A stretch of DNA of 63,594 nucleotides, counting the filler, from Salisapilia sapeloensis CBS 127946 (Eukaryota; Protista; Oomycota): NCBI GenBank assembly GCA_023334545.1. It is 15 parts of 15 records of this genome, joined end to end, with 100 filler letters (N's around TTAATTAATTAA, not from the genome) between each part and the next. Parts side by side here need not be neighbours in the genome. Positions count along the whole stretch, not along the records: positions 1 to 15,163 come from JAADVB010000374.1; 14 more parts are not named here. One strand, written 5' to 3'. The notes beneath the pieces were generated by a model that made no database searches, had not been told where the DNA came from, and saw only the letters and a program-made list of their open reading frames with translations. The translations under genes were made by a program, and so were the position numbers. Shown here in pieces: positions 1 through 11,972 of the stretch (positions within the stretch are counted from its first letter, which is position 1; the number at the start of each line of letters is the position of its first letter).

Positions 1-513
1 CATCCTGTGACACATGTCGTCGCACGACTTTCTGACTTCTCCTGATAACGGCTTCAACATATTAGCCTCTGGCAATCGGAATGATGACGCGTGCATCATC
101 ACTTCCGCCTCACTTCGTATGTATATGTACGAAATCATCGGGAACAATTGTCATTGTGTCCCATGTAATGATTAGCCCATTACAATAAACGTAGACTTCG
201 TTTTGAAAGCCCTTCTTGTTGTCCGTTAAGTTATATCTGTCAACTCGAACAGAGTACTGTTGACCGGCATAACGCAGTTCTCAAAATCAACAATGTATCA
301 CGGGGCTGTCATCATCGTTTATGTCAAATCTTCTGTTTTTCTTCAAAACACCATATGGGGATCTCCTCATCCATCACATACAAAACGCAGATCAATTGAT
401 AGAGCGTAGTTGACTATACCAAACCACCGCCGACTGTGACAAAATTAAGACCATGTCTTAAATCCTCTGCGCACAATAGTAGCATCACACCTCGAGTAAA
501 AACGCCGTTGTAA

Positions 514-762
514 ATGAAATGGAGAAAAATCATTAGGTTCATTGTTGAGCACGACGTTGATGCGATCTACAATGCTGACCAGACTGCTGTATTTTTGAAT
601 GCATGCCCACTAACACCTTCGCTCCTCTTGGCAACAAATTTTCATGAGTACATAATGCTGATGGAACAAAGAGGACTTCACAAGTGTCCTTCATACTGTA
701 CCACATGGACGCAAGTTACTTTCGTTTGTCGTGGTCACGATTACACCTTCAACAAACCCTAA
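514..762 (+). pseudogene. pogo/Tigger-like (DDE_1, CENP-B family) transposase fragment
   Basis: IYNADQTAVF matches the IYN(A/M)DETGLF motif around the first catalytic Asp. The rest is short and degenerate. Confidence 0.55.
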
Positions 763-916
763 GCAATAGATCAAGAATCAGGCCAAACACCGCAAATTTG
801 GTAAAAAAGTGAAAACCATGAAGGAAACCCACGATGATAACGATGTTAAAGATTACGCAAACGTAAAAGAGTGCTCGACAAGTGCTATTAAATACAATTC
901 TCGCAGACATCACTTT

Positions 917-1266
917 TGTAACGGGAAGTTACATGGATGTAGCCCAAGCTGGGGTAGCATTCCGGATCTTGAAGTGGAGCCTTGTATTGGAGCATGTGAT
1001 GCAAATACAAAGGTACAAGGAACAGGAATGGTCGTTAGACCTTTCCATACTAAGAGTAAGATTAAGGAGATTGTATTAGGATTTAGTAGGTATATAGAAA
1101 CGCTAAGTCTAGTATTCGGATTAAACCTCAATACAATCAGTTCTCATTTTGCTTTCCAAAGCACAAGTGTCTTACACTTCTTCCGTACTTTTAGTACAAG
1201 AGTTTCATACTCCGCGTTTAACGCTTCCCTTACATTTAAAGGGCTATTGTTGTGACTTCCGTCACA
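917..1266 (+). mobile_element. 350-bp solo LTR-like repeat (copy A)
   Basis: Starts TGTAACGGGAAGTTACA and ends TGTGACTTCCGTCACA (TG...CA). Internal TATATA at 1091 and an oomycete Inr-like TCATTTT at 1144. Colinear, same-length copy at 46961-47310 and partial copies at 45712-45929 and 46600-46817. No TSD visible (ACTTT/AAAAG). Confidence 0.7.
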
Positions 1267-1550
1267 AAAAGAACGTTTGACTTTCATCATATCTTTTTTG
1301 AAGTTTTCCTTTAGTATCTGAAATTGCGGATTAAGTAATAGCTGCATCTCAAATATGGAGTCTGCTGAATGCAGCTCCATGTAGTCTACATACCGCTTCA
1401 AAGAGCGTTCATTTAATGTCTCGGGAATGAATCCCGTGAGCTTTCTTACAACAGCGCTTGGGGAAGCTTGATTGAAAATAGAAGTGAGGTTTATTCGGTG
1501 CTTTAGATCTTCCCTACTTACACATCCTTTCTGAATACAAGTACTACGTA
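1267..1550 (-). pseudogene. Possible hAT-like transposase remnant abutting the LTR
   Basis: The minus frame reads ...SIFEMQLLLNPQFQILK..., loosely like the hAT L(D/H/N)P(R/Q)F motif. No catalytic motifs are visible. Confidence 0.25.
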
Positions 1551-1639
1551 TATCTTGTATCAGACAACTGGTAGGTCATTTAAACATGTACCAATGCGTA
1601 CCAAATCCAAACAAAGTAGCAAAAGAAAAGAAAGCGACC

Positions 1640-4600
1640 TAGCCTAAAATAACAGGTATCTACCCACTACATTGACGAAGCGTTTGCTGAGTCTGTTCAA
1701 AGCGACGTAAAAGGGACTACAGGCAACATTCAAGCGGGATGTGTGCATCCTTCGGAAAGGAAAACATGAACTTCGTGCATACAATCACTCGTCAAAAGTA
1801 TACGTCACCAATGCTGTGAGTCGAGAGTGCACATTAAACCAAAGAATGATAGGCCAAGTAATGAGCTTATCAGCTCACGACAATGCCGTGGTGGATCAAG
1901 TGTGGCACCAGCGTCTCGGAAATCTCAATGATGCATCGACGGCAAAGCTTTTGAAGGAGTATGGCATCCACTACAAGCAAAGTGCGCCATGTCAGTGCAT
2001 GCCGTGCGTGAAAGCGGAATTAAGTCGTAAGCCGTTCTATGAAAAGAAACGTGTTGTCGGAAAAGATTAAGCATTCATATCAGTGGACTATGTGGGGCCA
2101 TTCAATCAGAAGTCATTTGATGAACACACGCGATTGATGGTATTGATAGCTGAGCCATTTCACATTGCAGCGGCATATTCACTCAAAGGACAAACAGGAA
2201 CAGAGCAATTGGAAGGTCTCGCCTATCTCATCAAATACGTTGAAGCACAAGCCGAGCCACAAGTCAAGGTGAAATTTCTGAAGACGGACAATGCGCCAGA
2301 GTAAGTGGGAGGTGTAATTGCGGAATACTGCCACCAAAATCATATAACAAAGCACTTCAGTGAACCTTACACACCACAACAAAATGGTCTCATCGAGCGA
2401 GAGAATCGAGTCATTTTGGAAATGGGAAGGTCAATAATGGAGCATGCAAAACTACCAACAAAGTTCTGGGCCGACGCAATGTCCACGGCTGGGTACATTT
2501 GTAATCGATGTCCAACCAAAACTCTGGGCAACAAAATGCCTATGCATGCTCTCAAAGGAGATCGCCCTACAATATCGAACTTGCGCGTGTTCGGATGCGA
2601 TGCGCAAATATGGGTACCGGATGTGAAGCGGTCAAATCTAGTAGCAAAGACACAAGATGCAATATATGTCGGATACGCACAAGAAGGTGGATACCTCTTT
2701 CGCACGCCAGCAGACAATTTCAAGAAGCTTTCAACAGCCCGATATGCAGTCCTCCTTGAAGACAAGTTCATGTATGGCCAAGAAAACGTGCCTCGAATGA
2801 ATCAATCAACAGGCTCGCTCGACTTCATGGACCATACAATATCTGAAAACAGTGGAAGGTCCTCAGACAGTGGGAGTCCTCTAGACAATGGAAATTCATC
2901 AGACACCAATGGTAGACTAAGTAGCCATGATCCTGGAAGTCGAGCACGCAATACAAACACACCACAAAGAAGCACGCAGGACGCTATTACAGACACATCA
3001 CCCGGGGTTCAAGGGCGTAGTGTGGCTACCATGTCGGCACCAATGATGCAAGATGCCAGAAATATTACACCGACGCCACCACAAAGACGTAGTACAGGAA
3101 TTATGGCAGCACCGAGAGATCAGGAGGCCACTTCGGATACATCGTCGCTAATAAGAAGACGTCATGCTGCCATCATGTCATCTACAAACACACGAAACGC
3201 CACAACGGGTACAGACAGATCGCTAGTGAATCCGCAAACGACGAACGAAGGCTCTCAAGCCTCCCTACCACCGTCATCTCTGAGAAGGAACCTGATGAGT
3301 GGCATGAGTTGGCGCACACATCGATACGAACAACAGATACAAGACCTGACACAGGGGCTGCAGGACCTTCAAAGACGATACAATGAACAACAGGAACAAC
3401 AAAGTAATCGACTGAATGAGATATTAAATCAAGTGGAAGGCATTCGCCTGGATAATACTGTAGACACAAATATGAACCAGCGAACACAAGAAGATCAGTT
3501 AGTTCTGAACACCCAGCAGTCGCAAGTAGCTCAGCTGAACCATCAAATGTATGAAGATGAGGATGATTACTACTACGGTTATCCCATGGTGGAAGAAACT
3601 GACAATGACCACCATGGAAGCAGCAATAACATTGAAGATGACAGTGATTTTGAGATGGATAACTCTCAACGTCAACTTTCCTACGTTCAATCAGGACTAC
3701 TGACGTTTCCTCCACTACCAGCAAACTCATCTGATGAGCTAGAGGATAATCGCATGAGCAACGAAGAGTCCGAAAGTAAAAAATCGCATGACAGTGAGGA
3801 TAGTCCAGTACAGCTCAGACGATTTACCAGAGTCAGACGACTAAGTTGGAGACAAATTTTACACAACGAATGTTACAATGTACTGCAGGCTGAGGTTGAC
3901 ACGAGGAGCTTTGAGGCATCGAACCCAAAAATGCAGATGAAGCGATGGCGTGAAGTGACGCAAGCGAATGGCAAGGTGCAATGCAAGGTGTAATGCAAGA
4001 TGAATTAAATTGCCTCAGCCTGAATAGAACGTATGAACTGGCTGAATTGCCGCTTGGACGGGATGCCATTGCAACGAAATGGGTGTTTAAGCGCAAGACC
4101 TTCGCAGATGGCCAGCTGGACAAGTACAAGGCTCGTCTTGTGGTAAAAGGCTTCAAGCAAGAGCCAGGAATCGACTACTTCGATACGTTCAGTCCTGTTG
4201 CAAGCTACAATACCCTACGACTGCTGCTGGCACTGGTGGTTGAAAATCAATGGTATCGAAGTCAGCTGGATGTGAAGACAGCCTTCCTAAACAGCAAGCT
4301 CGACGAAGAGATCTACGTCCAGCCACCAAAGGAAGTTGACAGCCTCGGTCGTGTATAGAAGCTACACAAGGCACTATATGGATTGAAGCAAGCCAGCCGA
4401 GCATGGTGTGAAAACTTGTCTAACTTCCTTCAGAAGTATGGATTTGATCAGGGCAAAGAAGACACATGGATCTTCACGAAGCGACGCGACTGAATATTGG
4501 TCATTGTACTACTCTACATAGATGATATTCTTATGCTAAGCGACAGCAGCAAAGGAATCCAGTCAACGATACGAGTCATCGAAGCCAACTACAGCGTCAA

Positions 4601-5470
4601 TGTGTTCGAAAAAGTCAGCTCATTCCTGAGAATTCAACTGAGCTGGAACGACACTGATAAATGCATGGACATGCATCAGGTCAAGTATATCGAAAAAATG
4701 ATCAAGCACTACCGGATGGAAGAATGCAAAGGATCCGACATTCCCATGAGTGAAGGATTTAACAAGGAGCTGCTGGCAGATACGGACATTATTCGTTATG
4801 ATGCTCGAAGTCCATTTGGAAGTATACTTTGAGCAAGTACTCTTACAACACCTGAAATCGCGGTCGCAACTCGGCTACTGGCGCAACAAGTTGACCGGCC
4901 AACCATAACTGTCAAAGCTGGAATTAAAAGTATACTTCGATACTTAAAGGCAACTGGTGATAAAGGTCTGCACTATAGAGCCTCGAAATCGAAGACCAAA
5001 GACGGATTCACGGTCTACGTCGAGGCTGCCTTTGGTGCAGAAGAAGAAAGACGCTCGACGACTGGATATGCTATCTACTACAGCCAAAATCTAGTCGCGT
5101 GGGGGTCGAAGAAGCAGCCGATTGTGACATTGAGCGCGACTGAATCAGAATATGTGGCGATTTGTCATGCGCTGATGGAATGTATCGGACTCGTGAACGC
5201 CATGAAGGATCTGAAAATGAAAGCCGGGATGATCAAGGTGCTCGAAGACAATTAAGGGGCTATTTACTTGGCACACAACAAGTTGGTGATGCAGCGCTCC
5301 AAGCATATCGACATCAAATACCACTGGATTCACGAATTGATTAAAAGGGAAATGGTCACCATCGAGTATTTTCCGACAAAGTGCATGATTGCGGATGTAC
5401 TCACCAAGCCTCTTGCGAAGATAAAGTTTGCAGTGTTCAAGGATCAGCTCATGCTTCATCGAGTGGGAGT
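1640..5470 (+). mobile_element. Decayed Ty1/copia LTR retrotransposon pol region (5' truncated)
   Basis: Copia domain order: protease end (TKRLLSLFKAT*KG...CI), GAG-pre-integrase (WHQRLGNLN), integrase (DYVGPF; TDNAPE; PQQNGLIERENR; FWADAMSTAGYICNR; LRVFGC), RT (KWVFKRK; KYKARLVVKGFKQEPGIDY; QLDVKTAFLN; LYIDDIL), RNase H (RRSTTGY; ESEYVA; EDN*GAI; RSKHIDIKYHW; ADVLTKPL). PPT-like GAGTGGGAG near 5461. Many stops and frameshifts. Confidence 0.93.
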
Positions 5471-5607
5471 TTCGAGAAGCGGCACGGTGACGACGACAGC
5501 ATCGCGGATCTCAAGCGACAACTAGTCGGCACTACGGATGTCAGCCAAATGACCGTTAAAGCGCAACGGATATCAGGACCGAAGAAGTCGTCGCGGATCT
5601 CAGGTCG

Positions 5608-6350
5608 TTGCCTGATTCTGCAAAGAAGACAGTAGCAGGGTTTTTTGTTTTTAGGACTAACTTTCAAATTCACTCTCCAAATTTCCAGCAACTTCCCAAG
5701 TGTGATTTCCAATACAATGTCGCTATTAGTACCCTGACACTGAAGCCAGTACGCAATGTCGAATGGGATCGAGTGCCTAAAACTTTCTTTCGTTCAACAG
5801 CTCTAGATTGCAAAATGATCAACGCATGCCAAGTACGAATTACTGGAATATCTTTTGAAGCTACGTGCATGGATATCAGGAGAACGATAGAGGACAATGA
5901 TTTTGAAGTCATGGATGTGGAAGTGAAAGGTGCTCGACGCAATTGAGCTTTAGCGGAACTCAAAACAGACACTCACGTTCAAAACTTATTGAAAAGTTCG
6001 GCCCTGATGGTCCTGGGTCAATGTGGGTGGGAAATGTTAAACTTCGTTTTTATCCTGTGGACAATACCAAATCAAATATGTGCTATAATTGTCGCGAACC
6101 TGGCCATTTTCGTAACAATTGTCCTAACTTGACGGCAGGTACAAGTACTGTAACCTCTTCTGTCTCAAGCAGCTCCATTGCCAGTTCCTTATTTGCGTCA
6201 AATGCAGTCCAAGTCCAATTCCAAGAGATGGTTCAAAGTCATATTCAAGCTTACGTTCAAAAGATTGGTCAAACGTCGAATCGTCTTGATATTCTTACGC
6301 CTGGTGCCCAGGAAACGACCCAGCGCTTAATCGCATCAGAAGCAACTTAG
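5608..6350 (+). pseudogene. LINE ORF1-like: RRM-like segment plus CCHC zinc knuckle
   Basis: VRITGISFEATCMDIRRTIEDNDFEVMDVEV resembles an RRM beta-alpha start. CYNCREPGHFRNNC (6081-6122) is a perfect CX2CX4HX4C knuckle. Frameshift near 5943. Confidence 0.65.
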
Positions 6351-6949
6351 CGTGCATTTGATGAAGGTATGAACTCGTATGAGTATACTCAAAAGGAGCT
6401 GGTTGCAAGTCACAAACAGTCTGAGCAAAACATTTTGGCAGCTATAGCAGCACTACGTTCAGAGCAGAATTTTCAGAAAGGTGTTCAGTCACGCCAGTAG
6501 ACAAGATCACCAAGAAAAATTTAGCTGGCTGTAGATTAGTAGTGGTATGGATTGGCATGCTAGCATGTCTGATACATCTTCAAGTCACGGGTGTTGCTGC
6601 ATCGACTCGAGATCTAACTGAAGCGGTGTGTTTAGACTCTCCTGTTGGTGTTACTTCCAACACAGCAGGATACACTGCACCACAATCAAGTGGATACAGC
6701 TATCATGATCATTGCGAGTCTGATGGGTCTGAGTTTAACGATCTCGAATACGCAGGTTACCAACCTATTCGGCAAAGCCGAGGAGGAAATCGCCATCATC
6801 CTTGGAGACCAGATAAAGTAAGATTCACTGACAACAGTTCTAGCGGTTATCTACGTGTACTCGCAGACATGCTACAGCAAGAACACTACGCAGGTGGTTT
6901 CATCGGCGATGACGGCAGTACGAATGTTGATGCAGAATCTGACAATACC

Positions 6950-7690
6950 GTCAAAATTGGAACTTTTAGCATCAATAAAAGTATTCGCCTTAGGATCGAA
7001 AACGAGGTTACTGAATGGATGATAGGGCACAAGATGGATATATTCGTACTTAGCGACGCTGGTCTACCGGGCAAAACAACACAAAGTATATGGAGTAAAT
7101 CAATAGACAATGACGCTCGAGCTCCTGCTTTGACTTTAGTAGGATGCAAGCTAGTTGCAATACTTCTTCACCTGGAGCGTTGGGAAAATCGTCTTGATAA
7201 GAACCAAATAGTATATTCGGAATCGTAGCGATCAATTCTCATCGTATTACGCTTAGGAAATGGTCGCAAGTTGTGGATTATTGGGACATACATACATCAT
7301 ACGCCAGATCAGCATGAACAAGGAGTGCTCGCGGAATGAAATTGGATTCATTACCAAGTAGCTACAGGTCAAAAGCTTCGAGCACTTATATTGGTATCTG
7401 GAGGCATTAATACTTATCAAAATGAAGAGATCGATCGCCATGGTAGTACCCCGAGGTCCCCTGCAGCGGTGCAAATGGGACAGCGCTTTAAGGCCTGGAT
7501 AAATACTATGAAGCTGACATCGACATTTCGCGTTCGTCATTCTTAGATACCTCGTTTTACATACAATCACGGCGACACCAGGACGCTTGACGATATATAC
7601 ATAACTCAATCTCATTCAGTAAGTGTACGCCAAAGTGACATCTGGATTGATTCGATCCACTCGAGTGACCATACGGGTGTTCCGTATAGA
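6950..7690 (+). pseudogene. Apurinic-like (APE/EEP) endonuclease domain of LINE ORF2
   Basis: Motifs in the expected order: VKIGTFSIN, DIFVLSDAG, VAILL, WIIGTYIH, ILVSGGIN (GDFN position), TFRVRH..PRFTY, RTLDDIYI, SSDH (7664-7672). Confidence 0.8.
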
Positions 7691-8685
7691 GAGACTCACT
7701 TAGATCGATATTCGACTATATCTCATGCTTTAAAGGGGGCCAAAGACATCCGGGTGGTCAACACAAGGAAAAAAATCCGGATGAATTGACAAAGTATTCC
7801 GTGCATACACAGATCGTGTTTGGTAGTGGACATCTCCACCCTATTGACGATATGATTCAAGACTATAGTTCGACCGAAGAAACACTCTGATGGCTCGAAG
7901 CAGCTATAATTGATGTACAGCAGTGCCTCTATACTAGCGGCAAGTCGCTTTGGGGCGAATCTAGCCAGAGCAAGCATTATCTCTCCAGGCATATTGGTGT
8001 TGAACATTCACGTATATGCAACGGCCAGATTAAAGCTGTACGCAGACATGTACGAGAAGATGATTTAAGTGACACAGCGATCAGAGATCTCGTCAATGAC
8101 ATTCAGTGGCCGGTTTGGGTGACACAGCCCGAAAGATTGATACCAGGATCAGCACACGAAATACCGACTCAAGTGTTGCTATGCTACTTGGAAAATCTAC
8201 CACGCACATCCCCTGGCGGTAATTATCGGGACTAGTCTGATAAGGTGTACAAGGCCTGACGAAAAGTTTTGAAGATTTGGAGGGACTGGCGATAAAATTA
8301 ACAACAGAAGACTATCCAAAGCAACCGACAACAGTACTTTAATAATCAAAACTTTCGTTAATTTCTAAGACACACTTAACATAAAGGCTCTCCACTTGTA
8401 TCGATCCGTAGTGCTATAGTCACGGGTAGCCATGCAGAGCCAAGATACACGGAAGATCGAGCTGAAGTCTCCCATGAACTCACTCACCTGCTGGACACTT
8501 GGGTTCTACCGTCGGAGCGTACATTGAGACCATAACACTTAGATACATGGGAAAGCGATGATACAGAAGAATTTCCAACTTTCATAAAGGAGTGGATTGT
8601 ACCTGGCATGCAGCAACAAGATCATCAAGCGAGTCTATCTACTAATTTTCCAACAGAGTGATCTGATTATCAGTACACGGAAGAG

Positions 8686-9990
8686 ATGCAACGTAATGTG
8701 GATAAGATCCTGAAAAAGCGAGTTGCACCAGGGCATGGAGTATCTCAAGAGATGTGGATCACGGCTCCATGCGTAGTTCGCTGTCGTGAACGGCGCATTA
8801 TCGACTTGATCCTGCAAATTGGGAAAGCTCCACAAGTCATTCGACGAAAGCAGATCGTATTCCTCCGAAAGACACAAGATATAGATTCTACACTTGACAA
8901 TAGTAAGGGACTGCCACCACGGAGACCTACTACAGTCCAAAGTGCCTTCGCAAGTCGATTACAGTGCGTTATTAAACAATACGTGGAAGCAGGTTTACTG
9001 AATCATATTTTACAACACGGTTTTCAGAAGACTCGGACGGTGAATGATGCATCTCTCCTTACTACACTGCTAATTGAGCACGCAAAGGAAAATCAAAAAT
9101 CTTTGTTTTTAGTGAGTAAAGATTGTCTCAAGCGCTATGATCGGATTCCTGCCTGGGTAATGGACTACATTTACCGACGACTCAATGTTCCTGATACTCC
9201 GCGGACCCTTATGCTGGACCTTCTCGGTCCTGGACAAATGGATCTACGAACAGACTTCGGATGGATAAACACAGGAGAACGGGAATTTGGTATTGGTCAA
9301 GGCTCCATTCTATCGATATTACACATTGGATACTATATGGATCTCCTTCAAGAAAAAATGCACCAGGGTAGAGACCAAGTAAGCATACATCATCATCAAA
9401 TTGGAGATGGTATGTCGTACGCCAGTGCCGTATTTGCCGATGACAAGCTTGACATCGCTACATCCTATGCCGGCATCCAGGAACGAGCAATAATTTCTAA
9501 TATATTTACGGGTAAGCGTAGTACGGGATGTGTCTTTGGCGCTACTAAATCGTTTATGGCGTACTACACTCCATGTCCGCTACACTTTGAGCCAGTCCAG
9601 TTCAATGATGGAAACGGAAACCCACACCGATACAGATTGTTGCTCCATCTGAAGGATTTAAGCATCTAGGTATTATGCAAGGAATAGAGGACCAGTGGGC
9701 AAGAACGATAAACCCCGTTTGGATGCAGCTTCAACAGGATGCAAAAAGAATCACGCGCATGCAGTTATCTTTGCCTAAATTTCGGTACATAGTCAATCGC
9801 ATTTGGATCCCGCGTCTACGTTATCGTACTACGCTTAGTGGAGCTGTCCGTATTGCGGATGACATGGATAAGTTTATACGGCAAATTGCACGTCAAGTTC
9901 TACGCTTACCGTACTCCCTGCCACAGTACGTCTATCATGACGATACTATCGGTCTCGGTCTTCAGAGTTGTGCAGCTGATAGCCAAGTAT
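8686..9990 (+). pseudogene. Non-LTR reverse transcriptase domain
   Basis: KRVAPGHG, RRPTTVQSAF (RPIsl position), QHGFQKTRTVND, SKDCLKRYD (D..KAFD position), GIGQGSILS, VFADD, then thumb motif DDTIGLGL after a frameshift near 9670. Confidence 0.9.
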
Positions 9991-10598
9991 TTCAGGGCAA
10001 TGAGTTTCTCCGTATACTTAATACACCAATGTTACCTGTTTATCATGCTGTCATGGATAGACTAGAAGCATACCAAGGGCGGGCAGGTCTTACAAGGTGT
10101 CCTCTAGAAGATGTTATTCGTCCTCCGAAGCACATTCAAACCTGGCTTGCAAATAACATTCGAGCTCTGGCGGATATGCGCAACGTGACAAAAGTGATAG
10201 CAAAGTGGAAAACACCGGATCATTTAAAGTCCAATCGCTCATGTGATAGATCACTTACGGCGACGTTACCTCCTTATTTACAAACCAAACTCGTTGCCTT
10301 CAATTGGAATTCTAGTCGTAAATTACGATATGTTGGAGACTCGTGTAACGCATCGGGCACCAAAATGCAAATACAGGACGACTTACAGAATTAATTTAAG
10401 TGGAAATCAAGTCAACGGCATCGCGTTACTGAGCTATATTCATTTTGGCAGACGACATTGGTAAATAATGAGACGCAACTGCTGCACGAGGCTGTCGGGT
10501 GCGTGCCAATGGCTCCAAGCATGTTCGGCTATAGTATGCGGATCGGAATCGGTTCATGGATACTTGCTGCACAAATTTTAGTTGACCCAGGTACTCCG

Positions 10599-10724
10599 GA
10601 GTATTTGACGCATGAGATAGGCTATAGACTGGATAAACGGGTTCAAGAGGACGAATTCGGGAAGCAAATACACATTCGTTGGTGGCATGAATATCCGTGT
10701 GGGAGTGACACTTGGATTGAACGG
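10599..10724 (+). other. Chromodomain-like segment within LINE ORF2
   Basis: EYLTHEIGYRLDKRVQEDEFGKQIHIRWWHEYPCGSDTWIE parallels the chromodomain pattern EY....ILDKR.....YLVKW.GY....TWE. It is in the same frame as the RT thumb and RNase H. Confidence 0.45.
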
Positions 10725-10955
10725 GCACACAATCATACAAGCTGGGAATACGAAGATGTGTGTGTCGTTATTGAGCCAGAACATTTTCCTGTGGTCAGAG
10801 GCAGAAAATCTAAAGTCATTGTTTGGTCAGATACGTGTGTCGGGGAAGTACAAGGAAGAACACCACGAGCCGCACTCACTGAAACTATCTCCGGCAGTCA
10901 TCGTCGCTACATGGCAATACAACGTAGTGAAAGTGTGCCCGATATGGCTACGAAT

Positions 10956-11111
10956 TGCTTTGTATGCAATAGGTAACGACATGCTGAATTCTGCTCACAG
11001 TGTATACGATATCACCATCGAAATTGTGTCCTTACCACATGCAGCGCAAATTGGGATCCGGTCGACGTATACGATCAGTATATCGAAGCAGCGTGGCGGT
11101 GTATTACCAGT
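10956..11111 (+). other. PHD-finger-like segment within LINE ORF2
   Basis: Read-through gives CFVC-NR*RHAEF-CSQC-IRYH-H-RN-C-x22-WRCITS, i.e. C-x2-C-x8-C-x2-C-x4-H-x2-C...W-x-C-x2-(S; AGT is one substitution from TGT). It is hidden from the ORF track by the TAA at 10974. Confidence 0.65.
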
Positions 11112-11141
11112 AATGCCGAGGCAAGTGAGTGTACGTATAAA

Positions 11142-11590
11142 GTTGGCGATGGCAGTGTCACTGACGCAACTACCGAAATGGTTGCTGGTGGATGATCATA
11201 TTTAAATGGTCACGGTGAGCAAATGCAAGGACAGTTAATAATCCACCGCTCGGACATTACGTCAACACGTTGTGAGCTTCACGTGCTTATTGCTGCGTTG
11301 GTTCATGCTCAGGATACTGGTAATCAAATATGCGATAATCGATGTGCTATTTCGCTTTTCAATAAAGCACGCAGAATCAAGACTCGAACATCTAAAGAGA
11401 TTGTTAAATATGGTGATACACATCGAATGGAGATCAAAACACTAATAACACTTATGCGGGAGTTTGGTATGATGACATGCGAGTGGGTCGGCTCTCATCA
11501 TGAACACGAGGCTACTGCGGATACAACACTCTTTCATAAACGACAAACACTGGCGGTAGCAGATACAGCAGCGAAATCTGCTCTTAGCAC
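11142..11590 (+). pseudogene. RNase H domain of LINE ORF2
   Basis: VGDGSV (D1), STRCELHVLIAAL (E), QICDNRCAI (D2), EWVGSH, AVADTAAK (D3). Confidence 0.85.
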
Positions 11591-11903
11591 GACTATGAGT
11601 CAGTCCTATCAGGATAATATGTGTATGGACACTTGAATACTAGTAGATGACACTGACCGTATTGTGACGGGTAACGTCCTCGAGTATTTGCATCGAACAC
11701 TACAGCGACAAAATCTAACAGAGCACATTAAGCGAATCCACGACAAACCCGCCGAATTACAATACTTACACACGCGCCCATTACCGATGCCGAAAATGTG
11801 CCACTGGGACCAACACTTGTGCCGGTTCTATCGGAGAGTTGTTACCGGCCAACTGCATACGAACGCGAAGAAACATTTGTTCGACGACCGCTGGAGTCCA
11901 CAA

Positions 11904-11972
11904 TGTCGTGTTTGCCCGAAGTTTCACCATGATGCTCAATCTCATCGCTTTGGTGTCAACGATCCTCAATGT
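11904..11972 (+). other. C-terminal CCHC-type finger of LINE ORF2
   Basis: CRVCPKFHHDAQSHRFGVNDPQC sits after RNase H, as expected for the LINE ORF2 zinc knuckle. Confidence 0.55.
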
